DNA of 64,000 nt, taken from positions 3,286,001 through 3,350,000 of the forward strand of contig OZ316775.1 in NCBI GenBank assembly GCA_973851085.1. Reading direction: 5' to 3'. The notes under the pieces are model-generated. The model saw only the letters and a list, made by a program, of their open reading frames with translations. It was not told where the DNA came from and made no database searches. Source of the DNA: Ptychomitrium polyphyllum. Its lineage: Eukaryota. Position 1 is the stretch's first letter; each line of letters begins with the position of its first letter. Shown here in pieces: positions 12,294 to 23,700 of the stretch. Made by a program: the position numbers and the translations under genes.

Positions 12294-15236
12294 AGAAAAG
12301 TAGATTATAGACACATGGAACATTAAGTGATTAAACAATACAGATCTATTGGATGTCCTCCCAAAAATTACCAGAAATTCTAAAATTGACCATTGCTTTA
12401 ATGCCCTTGACCTCGCCCTTGTCTGTCAACACAGACAAGGTAAAGAGTCTACCAACCAGCCTGATGGGTTCCCCACTACCTGATACCCGACTGCCTTCGA
12501 TTGATACCCGAATATCATCGGTGTATACCCGGATCGTCTGCTAGTCAATTATAGTTAGCTGATTTCTGTGACATTTTCATCCAAAACATAAAATATCATC
12601 CATTTTCTCAGTCTGCCATCCAATGTGGCAATCTTTATCCACCACCATCGTACGATTTCAGCCTGAATTCTTGAAATTTTATTTCGATAGTTCCTTTAAT
12701 TTAAAAACATGTGGTAAAAGATAAGGAAATAAGAACTAAATAGATAAATGAAACAGAGTAAAATAAAAAGCAGGGTTGAGTTATCATCAATTCTTGAACT
12801 TTTTAATGAAATTTTTTAAATGAAATTAGAGCACTTCATCTAATTATAATTTTAGACTTATTTCTTGTACCATTTTGGAATTTGTTATGCTAATTCTAGT
12901 GTGATACTTGAGTTTTAATTCTAAAGTCCAAAATTTTGAGGAAAGTCGTAACTAAGGTTTAGAAACATTCCACAAAAGAACCATAATAAGTTAGATGAAT
13001 AATAAGTTTGATAATAATGTTATATTCAACAAATTAATTTATAGATACAAATTAACTAGTTCAATTAATTTGTTAGATAAAAAAAATCTAAACTTTTTTT
13101 TTAATTAATCTAAATATTTTCTCAAGACCCTGATTAAGGAATAGTTGTATAATACAATGTAACTCCAATTATAAAAAAGATTAGTGAATTTCATAGAAAC
13201 TGCACTCTTGTGTGTATTTTCCATTTTGCTATTCTATAACTAAAAAGGTTTTAAAATTTGTAGAAAGTTTGGCAATCATTGAACAAAATACAGGATTCTT
13301 GTTGATTTAATGAATAGTCCATTAGATATGGAGGTTGATTTGTACCAATTTCAAAAGTCTAGTATAAACACACATCATGTAGGCCAAGATACTTTAAGTT
13401 AACTTTAAAATACAGGCTTTGTAAGCTTTGTGTGGCCATTTCTAATAACTTTCTTCTTTGACCTCTAAAAATCCAAATACATTTTAGTTCAAGAATATCA
13501 TTATTTTTGAAGTGTCATAAAATAAATAAGAATAGATATGGAGTTTTAAATGGTACAATCTTATAGAAGATTCTTTATAAATCATGCTGATCAAATTCAA
13601 AATTATAATGTTGTATACAATGTTTTAGTAACAAAAACAATTCTAAAATTTATTACTTGAATTCTGATGTTATTCCTGTTCTAAAAATTTAACTTTCAAC
13701 TTAAAATTAGTTTTACATAATTTCAACAAATTTGTAAGTATGTGCCCTTATAATTATGTAATTTAGTCACAAGCATCAACGTCTCTAGGCTTGTAACATT
13801 CTTTGGTAGTTAGAACATATCATTTTTACTTTAAATAGTTAAAAATAATAATAAATGATAATAAGGGCAAGTAATAGGGAAGTGGAGTTATTGGAGAATT
13901 TTATAAACAAAAAAAATTACAAATATTTGGGCTATAGACTAGTAAAAATAAATCATTAATTATTTGATATTCATAATTCTTGTTTAAAATGGTGGTGATA
14001 AGATAAAAAGCCACTTAAATAGTAAAGAACCTAAAGCAACAAACTGAACTTCTCTTCTTAATGAAAAAGTTCTAGGTCAAGTTACATCACCTATTCAGTT
14101 GAACAGTTGATTTCTTCATGAATGATTGATTTGAAATTTGTTTGAGATGTGCCTACAGAAAATGAATAAAGTCTACAAAGGCCCACTTGTGAAAATTTAT
14201 AACAAACACATACTTGTTCACAAAATTTTGTTTTCTTCATACCTATTTCCTAAATCCCAAAGTTCTACACAAAATGTATTTTGTAAATAATAGTTAAATG
14301 TGTACATGCTTTGAATTGCTTGAAGTGTCCATAATAGTGTCCTCTACCTTAATCCCAGGTGCTGCTATGCCTGGCAGTTGTTTGATTAGGGTTCCTTTGC
14401 ACTGTAGTTTTAGATTTATTGTTTTTTCCAAAAAATAAAAATAAAAATCCTAAGTGGGGTGAAATCTTCTTTACAGATGAAGATGAAAGGACTGGTCCAT
14501 GGTAGCCACACTCAATGGGCATCATGGAAATGCTCCAATTTTCCCAAAAATGAATTTAGAATCAAGAGGACACATTTTATTAGTACTTTAGCCCTGTGTA
14601 TGACCTTGAACTGCCCATAGCATATTGTACAGTAGGATGTACCAAATACAGTACAAGCAATTCACATGTACATGGACCATGTTCTCAAAGTGCATAGCAT
14701 GTCAATTCATGCTGGAATGGCTTGTAGGAATGTTGTCCTAAAGAACAGGGATAATTGTGGAAATAGGAGGAAGTCCAAGTGAGAAGAAATCAGAAAGGAA
14801 AAGGGTACGAAACCTATAAAAATGTCATTTAAAAGAATCCCCATATCCTAAATGCATACTATACAATAGTTTACAGCGTCTGTGTTTAAAAGGATGGCAA
14901 TAAAGATGGCAAATCTTTATAGGTTTGATGGAAGTACTTTTAACATCTTCTTGATTTATACTAGTAATCAGGCTGAACAAATTTTTCTTAAACTAGTAAC
15001 TATTCAAGATTAAATCATTAATATTAAGCTTGAAACGGTGAAATAACACAATGAGATGTAAGGTAAAACATTATGCTTACATGCTTGATTCCAAAGTAGG
15101 AGAATGTCAGGTGAAAAACTAAATCTAGTGTGAGTTTATAAATGAAAGCTAAAACAGAATTTATTAAAAATGTAGAAATGCATTCTTTATTACGAGTGAA
15201 AATCATGTATATTTATAAGACTTTCTAAAATACCCC

Positions 15237-15261
15237 ATATATATATATATATATATATATA
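15237..15261. repeat. (TA)n microsatellite
   Basis: Run of alternating AT visible in the sequence. Confidence 0.9.
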
Positions 15262-18200
15262 ATTATTAAATATTTCTTTTATGTTATTTTATGTATGTGG
15301 AAATTGATTTATGTTAAAAAAATTGTTCCCTGTTTCTACCTTTTTCAACAGGATATTATAATGTACTTGGTTGTGTAAAGTACAATGCCCTATAATTGCT
15401 TTATTTGAATCCACCTTCAAAAATCACCAAAGATGAAGTGTAGTGAAAATTTGAAACTGTTGTTTAGGTTGAATAATGCATAAACAAAATGATTGTTGAT
15501 GATAATTGGGTTTCTAAATGATGGTTTTTGGCTACAAAAGAGGTGGTACTAGATTCTAGTAGTTAGATGAAGTGGTGAAAAAGTGAGGTAATATTTGGTG
15601 CATTTCTGCTCAGAAGTAATGGGGCGTAAGTAAAGATGGAAATAGTTAACCTGTATCACAAGAACCTTTAAGGAGGTTTGATTGTAGTGAGACTATATCA
15701 GAAGCCCCAAACTAGAAAGTATGTTTGTTGAGATACACTATGAAACATCAAGGAGATTTTGTAGATCATAACTGAAACAAAGCCAGTAAGCCAGCATCAT
15801 CAGAGTTGCCATTTTGTGTGGCAACAATGATCCACTAGTTTCTCTTGTAACAACTTGTGGTTGTAAGAAATGAACCTCATTAAATGTAAACACCATGTTA
15901 TCTGGTTTCTTCACTGGCGCTGAGATTGTTCAATTTTGGACTCATTTTGAAACCCATGAACTGGCCAGAATATGTGTTCATCTGTGAAATGATATTCTGT
16001 TGCATTGGACTTGCATGAACAGCAAAAGGAAGCCATTCTAAAGCCAAATGAAGCTTTTCTAGTCTGTGTAACTTACATTCTCATTCACTTTACAAATCTG
16101 GAAAAGTCCCAAGATTGAATGTTTTACTCCATTTGAAGCTCAACATACAGGAGCATATTTCCACACACATAAATAATTTTCTACTAGGCTCAGCTCTTTC
16201 TTTACTTTATTTTATGTTTATGATCAAGCACATGTTCCAACATAACAAGGTTCTGTTCACCTTTAACTGATACTTTGTTTAACATTAAGTGAAAGGATTC
16301 CACTTGGTTTCAAACATTTAAAATATGTTTTTCTTGACTAAAGTATCTTATACAAATTCTTGAAAAACTTTGGAGCTTAGTTGTTAGACCATAACATTAT
16401 AAACATGGTATTTATAATATATGCTCATATATGTTATATTGGGAAACAATACACATTTTGAAACTTCCATTTTTAGAATTGGGAAGTCTAAGAAGTCATA
16501 AATCAAGACTCTAAAAAGGTCCCAATTTAATGAATATGGTGTTATATAGTGATGTCAAATCCATTAGGTCCAAATCATTATTTCATTTTGTATAGAATTT
16601 TTTATGATTGTGCAATATAATGAATTGGGTTTGTTCAATTATAGTCTTGATATAGCATTTCCAACCAAAAAAAATCAAATACAAACTCAACTTTGCTTGT
16701 TATTGTATACACTTTGTTGAATTTGTATATGTTATATCATTTTTTTAATATGATACATTTAAAAATGCAAAAAATGTCATAATATTGAAGTGCTTTATTT
16801 TTTAATATAACCTTCAAAGAACTCTTACAAGTTCTTAAAAGTTCCCATGTGATTTTCATTCACACATAAATATAATATTTTTTGAGGTGATTTTTTAAAT
16901 GTTACTATTGGATAAATATACCCTCATTGCCTTTATAATATGGCAAAATGGAGGTTTCAAATGTTGTAGTAGTGTATGTTATAGTTGTATCATAAAAAAA
17001 ATTATGAATTAGAAAGTTTTATTGTACAAAGTTTTGTTTTGTCAAAGTTGTTGTACAAATAAGAGTTGTAGTAATAAAGTTAAAGTGTACACCATTAGAA
17101 TATGACTAACTATACTAGGCTTTATATAAGGATTTTTTGAAAACCCAAGATTTGGCATAAGACAAGAGGTGCTATAATCATGACATTTTATTGATTTGTA
17201 TACAAAAAGGTATCAAATTAAAAGTGAACAACAACAATACTAATTAAGCCTTTTTGTCTAATAGCAAAATCACAAAAAATGAGAGATAAAAATAGCTAAT
17301 TTATGAAACATTCCATATCAAAGTTGCAAATAGCAAAGGCTTTCATTTGCTAAGTTTAATGATACTAATGTGAAAAAATCTCTAAATCATCAATTGGGAT
17401 TCCCTTGAGACATTTAATAGTTTAATAAACTTCAAAGTTGAAAAAACTTGCAACCAGTTTTGGTACAACTTTTATGGGTCACAGAACTTGCTCCCACACC
17501 CATTCAGCACCCATACCTTACTTAATGATGCTCCTAGTCCAAGTATAAAGGGATGTACATACAAGCCCATAGAACTTCAAAAGTGCCAAGGTGGTCAGAA
17601 TGTCGGCCGGCTAAAAAGGGCTGTGTCCGAGTGTGGGGACTGGCTCAGCTACTGCAAATCCCCATGTACCATCCGAAGTAAAGTTCACAGAAGTACAGCG
17701 GTGGCAATAGATGCCGTATGCATGCTCCTTGAATTTTGTCCGGTGCTGTATTTATGGTACTTCTCTCCCTTGGTTTGCTCTTTGCATGTTCAAGCTCTTG
17801 TTTAACTTATGGTAGGAAGTGCTGGTAGGAAACGGTCAATGTTCCCCATTACTGGGATGATTTTTTCAAGAAAACTTTGGAGAATTATATAAACTTGAAG
17901 TGATATTTCCAAAAATGCTTCACCTTTCTAGTAAATTTGAAGTTTACTACAAAAGTAACTAACATGGTATTCTTATCATACAGAGAATTCAATTTGTGTA
18001 AAATAAAAAACTTAATAGTTATAAGAGTCACACTCAGGTCCATGAAGGTGAAAAAAAATTCTCTTTCTGCTTCAAAAGCTATGATCTTCCAAATTGTGCA
18101 ATCAACTTTTTCTAAAACAACCCATTTCTACATTCTTCAAAGTAATGTAGTTGAACATATAAATGTTTTAAACATCATATTTTTTATAATGGAAAATTCC

Positions 18201-19829
18201 AAAAGTTCCAAAATCATTTCAAAAATGAAATAGATTTTTAAAAGTTTACATTTGTCAAATAATTGTCATATTTTTGAAGTTATATAATAAGTTTCTTGCT
18301 AATAGATGATACAATAGCCAACAACCACTAAATATGTAGTTGATTGATTTATAACACATGCAATTGAGTTTAAATTGTGCTAAATCATCATAAACTATTA
18401 TAATTCCAAAATCATTGTTTTGCCCAATTATAATGAATATAGTGAAGTAGAAGTGGTCTATAACACATTGTTGTATGATTGGATTGTATTGCAAAATTTG
18501 TCAATATTTGCAAAATTGGTCTATAACACATTGATGAGAGATTGTACAACACTATAAGATTGGTTCATATTTGCAAGGTCATTTCATATGTTCAAAAGCA
18601 GTCTATGCAAGTAATACAAATATAAAGCTTTTAAGTACTAAAATCTAGCAAGTTGCTATGTAATAATTGCAAAGGTTGTTTTAATAATTCAAAGGGTATT
18701 TTGTCCTACTATGACATATAAAGACATATTTGAAGAGATTGATAAGCAAAAAGTCTAAGATTAATTTGAACAATATGATAAATGTTAATAATTATGAAAT
18801 TTAAGATTTATAGAAGGTGTTAATGAACAATTACATTAAGTAAGAAAACTATAGCATCAAGTAAAAAAATTATTAGCTGTAATGTGTTGCATAGATTTTT
18901 TCTATGTGATTTATTTGCAAGTTCGGAAATAAAATGTTATTAAAATTGACTTGTTTCCTAACGTCTTTAAGCATATTATAGTAATTTATAGTCACCTTGG
19001 AAAGTGGGAAAATTTAATATACATAATAATGAAGGCATGTGGTAACAAATGAGTGAAAATATGAATCTAGTTTTGTTATTGAACAAATAAATAGCTTTAG
19101 TTTTTAGTAGAGCAGAGTTTTGACAATAGAATGGTACCTTCACATGAGAGAATGATTCTTTGGAAAAGAGTGTGTGTAAAGGAATCATTGAAAAATGCCA
19201 TGAAAGTGAGGATGGAGGCCCTTCCTGCTAGGCTGCAACCAGGACAACCTTCTAAGTTGATAACAGTTGCTGGTAGCAGTACACATACAAAAGTGGCAAT
19301 TTTTTTGTTCTTAGTATCAGTGAGATTAGCCAGTAATAATTCCAGCAGTGATAGATCTTGGTTGTGCAGATTGGTCTCAAATCAGTGCATCAGATATACC
19401 ACCGTGTTGCATCATACAATATTGTAAGGTTAGATACAGCATGCTCAAGTCTAGCCTTTTCTTTGTACTATCCTACACGTTGAATGCTCATATGCAGACA
19501 GCTAAGCAACAATAGAGAGCACTCTCAATAATGACTTCTGAATTGTCCCAAATGCTATCCTTGCAATCCTCTTGACTCTTACCCCGGATGAACATCCACA
19601 GATCACATGAGTACTCATAAATAACTTAACAAGCTTTACTGATGATGACAAACTCATTTCAGTCAACTTATCTTCCTTGAATCATGAGAAAAACGCTTCA
19701 CTACAGTAGACACTCACAGTCTGAATTGAATTTTTTAATCCCCAAAAGGTAGATATGATGTGCAGAAAAATTGGAAATGAATGTGCATGACACAGTACTA
19801 TTGAAAGCTTGTATGTAATGGTAATGATG

Positions 19830-20300
19830 AGGATGCTGATATGCAGCTGTGAATGCCCACAAGTTAGTGGAATGGAGTATGGCAGAGAGCACTGAATAGA
19901 AAGAATTACCCCCTGTTTTCCCATTCAGCTTTTTCCTGTTAAACATAATGAGTTAAAGCAATTCCTCTGTGCTGCCCAAGTTTTCCATTCCTGCCTGAAG
20001 CTCCAGCAGTGCCCAGGCTATGACACAGGCTTGCATAATGGAGGACTAGGCTCCAAGCCTTGGCAGCCTCCTTCAGTCCTTTCTACTTGCTCCTCCGTCC
20101 ACTGCCTTTTCTGAATGATTGGGGCTGCTCTCCACCGACCCACCCACGCGGCTGGGGCCCGGAAACAATTCACCTCACTGAGTTTAGACACCGTGAGGCA
20201 TGATCCTCAGCACTGCAGTTTCGTTGACAACGTGCAGCGTCATTCAAGCTGCAGGAAGCTAGCTGCTCACCCTCTATTAGGAGAGCGTGTACAGAATCTG
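19830..20300 (+). promoter_or_regulatory. Proximal promoter of CESA copy A; conserved with copy B (33760-34150), with inverted CCAAT box and TCP/site II-like element
   Basis: Blocks shared with B: atgcagctgtgaatgc; cttgcataatggaggactaggc (identical); ctgaatgattggggct (reverse CCAATCA); cccacgc.gctggggcccgga. Confidence 0.6.
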
Positions 20301-20368
20301 CTTCTGCAGCCAAGGTCGCATCTTTGATTCACCTTCTCTTAACTTTGAGTGGTTTTTCGTTGTTTGCC

Positions 20369-20410
20369 ATGGAGGGTGGTTCGAAGGGAGCTCCAAGATT
20401 GCGTCTTTGA
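20369..20410 (+). other. uORF1 of CESA copy A (MEGGSKGAPRLRL*)
   Basis: gccATGG context and 13 codons plus TGA. Equal length and position to the uORF at 34211-34252. Confidence 0.45.
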
Positions 20411-20617
20411 TAGTGTACGCTACAATTCGATCTCAAGGTGCTGTAGCGTTATTTGTGGAGTTTTTCGGGATCCTCTTCAAAAGTGTTGAGGTTTGGGATC
20501 TGGAGAAGGTGGGTATCCAGGAGATGTTTGCAGGAAGTGGATGGGGTTGGAGGTTATTTGGGAACTCGAAGGTGGTGGGTAGTGAGAGGAGCTAAGCAGG
20601 CGCTGAATCGGTTAGCA

Positions 20618-20692
20618 ATGTGCATGGCAATTCTAAAGCAGAGCCATCAGCGACGTTGCAGCTGTGCTAGTGGTGAGCAGGTTATATATTAG
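20618..20692 (+). other. uORF2 of CESA copy A (MCMAILKQSHQRRCSCASGEQVIY*)
   Basis: Stop lies 55 nt before the CESA ATG. Homologous uORF at 34461-34538. Confidence 0.5.
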
Positions 20693-20747
20693 CGCCGCCA
20701 TATTAAGGGTAGTCTGGAGTGCACTTGTGAGTGCAAGCGCTGCTGTG

Positions 20748-23700
20748 ATGGAGGCAAATGCAGGTCTTATTGCAGGGTCACACAACCGGAATGAGCTGGT
20801 GGTCATTCCAGCAGAGGGAATCCATGGGGTATGTGTGCAGATCTGCCACTCTCCTCCTTCCTCTCACAGTCTCACAGTTCAGATCTTGTACTACTCTTTT
20901 CTTGAGTGTGGGCTGTTCGATATTGCCAGTTTTCGTATGCACCAAAAAATTTGTGAACAGAGATATATATATTCTGCACTGATCACTGTTCAGAAGTGCG
21001 CATTCGATATTCATTTGCATTTGCATCACCACACTATAGATTGTAGTATACTCTCTCAGTTCCTATTATTTTACTCCGACGCAAGCACTCGTGTGGGTTT
21101 TAGCTATAACTTGGTGCACTAGATCTGGTCGTTGTCGAGAAATGTGAGTGTAAGTCTGACCTATGCACTCTTGGTCTGGCTTCCTTGGATCATGAACTCT
21201 AAGCGTACGCGATTCCAAGGCAGCTGACGCAATGTTCTGAAGCTCTACTCGGTTGTTTTCCATATTCTTGTTCGAAAGACAAAAAGCTAAAACTGTTGGC
21301 CCCTTCGTCCTCTTGCGCTTTAGATCCTGAAAAACTAACCATTCGTGTGCTTTGTTTGGCAGCCGAGAAACACGAACCAACTAGTGAATGACAAGTTCTG
21401 TCAAATCTGCGGTGACCCCGTTGGGCTCAACCACGACGGTGATGTGTTTGTTGCTTGCAATGAGTGTGCGTTTCCTGTGTGCCGCACCTGCTACGAGTAC
21501 GAGCGCAAGGAGGGCAACTCCGTTTGTCCTCACTGCAAGACCCGGTACAAACGCCAGAAAGGTGAGAAGGATTAGTCCTCTGCTTAACCGCAACAATTCA
21601 TCATTCGAGATTCGTAGCGCTGGTATCTGGAACGTTAAGAGTTTACTTTGCACACAGATACGTACTGCTGATTAACAGAGTCACTGCTCTGGCAGGATTA
21701 GTACTAATTATGAGATATTATGTGTAGACTAATCCGTGGTTGTTGGTTCTGCAATTAGGGAGTGCTCGTGTGCCGGGAGACGATGAAGAGGACGACCTGG
21801 ACGACTTGGAGAATGAGTTCGAGATGGACAAGCAGGACCAGCAAACCACAACGGATCAGCTGCTGCATGGACGCATGAACTATGGCAGCATGTACGAGCA
21901 CGAAGTGGCGACGCACAATATGATGCACCAGCAGCCTCGCTACCCCCTGCTCACCGATGGCCAGGGCGGCGACTCCGAAGACGATGAGAATCATGCGCTC
22001 GTGGTGCCCAATGGCAACCGAGTTCACCCGCTTAACTACATTGATTCCAAACTCCCAGGTACGAAAAAAAGTTAAAAGTAACCAAATTGATCATGCTTAG
22101 GATGATTTTGTGATCCATGGCTTGTGGGATTATCTAACCTTTATGTGATCTGTGTTTACATGGTTTTAGTGCAAGCTCGGCCGATGGACCCCACGAAAGA
22201 CTTGGCAGTGTATGGCTATGGCAGCGTTGCATGGAAGGACAAAATGGACGACTGGAAGCAACGGCAAGAGAAAATGCAGATGATGATGAGTGACGGCGGG
22301 GAGTTGCATCCGAAGGACATGGACGGTGACGATGGAAATGGCCCCGATCTGCCCATGTATGACACCAAAACTTATAATCTGGCAATAATTTCATCGTACT
22401 TTCGTCACGAAGATCGATATTAGTTGCGCACAGGAAGCCTTGATTTGCCATTACCAGGTCCTTGGCAAGAATGTTAATAGAGATGCTGATGGAAGGTTTA
22501 CCTTGTGGTCGGTTGTTTGCAGAATGGATGAGTCGAGGCAGCCGCTCTCTCGAAAGATTCCTATTTCGTCCTCCAAGATCAATCCCTACCGCATGCTCAT
22601 CGTCATTCGGTTAGTGGCGCTGGCATTCTTTCTCCGCTACCGGATTCTCCATCCTGTAGAGGGAGCCTTCGGGTTGTGGATCACGTCTGTGATTTGCGAG
22701 ATCTGGTTCGCCATTTCCTGGATTCTCGATCAATTCCCCAAATGGCTGCCCATCGAGCGCGAGACGTATCTCGACAGGCTCTCCCTTCGGTATGAAAAGC
22801 CTGGTGCGCTGTCGCAGCTGGCGCCTGTGGACGTGTACGTCTGTACCGTGGACCCCTTGAAGGAGCCTCCGATCGTCACCGCCAACACCATCCTGTCTAT
22901 TCTTGCGGTGGATTACCCTGTAGACAAAGTCTCCTGCTACCTCTCCGACGATGGAGCGGCAATGCTCACGTTCGAGGCTCTCTCCGAGACGTCTGAGTTC
23001 GCTCGCAAGTGGGTACCCTTCTGCAAGAAATTCAATATCGAGCCCCGAGCACCGGAGATGTACTTCGCTCTCAAGATTGACTACCTCAAGGATAAAGTGC
23101 AGCCCACCTTTGTGGGAGAACGACGCGCCATGAAGGTAGGGTCTCATGACTCCATATCTTACTAAAGCCCAACCTGCCATACTACTATTCAAAAAACGGA
23201 TTCACTGGAAATTGAAACTGATAAAAGTTGAAACCTTGTTTGCAGAGGGAGTATGAGGAGTTCAAGGTGCGAGTGAATGCGCTGGTAGCTCGAGCACTGA
23301 AGGTGCCGGAGGAGGGATGGACAATGCAAGATGGCACGCCATGGCCAGGAAACAACTCCCGCGATCATCCGGGCATGATCCAAGTGTTCTTGGGGCACAG
23401 CGGTGGCCTTGACACAGATGGCAACGAGCTCCCCCGTTTGGTGTACGTTTCCAGGGAGAAGCGGCCGGGGTTCAATCACCACAAAAAGGCCGGAGCTATG
23501 AACGCCTTGGTACGCGTGAGCGCTGTTTTAACAAACGCGCCCTACATGCTGAATCTGGATTGTGATCACTACATCAACAACAGCAAGGCCATTCGGGAGG
23601 CCATGTGCTTCATGATGGACCCAAACGTTGGGCCTAAAGTTTGCTATGTGCAGTTCCCCCAGCGGTTCGATGGCATTGATCGCAACGATCGATATGCGAA

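Noticed and set aside
12480..12545. Helitron-like 3' end (short ccga/tcgg stem, repeated atacccg, ending CTAG|T)
   Set aside because: The stem is only 4 bp, and no second copy or 5' end was found in the window.
22611..23192. 193-aa antisense ORF and other antisense or alternate-frame ORFs within the CESA exons
   Set aside because: Expected shadow ORFs of GC3-rich coding sequence.
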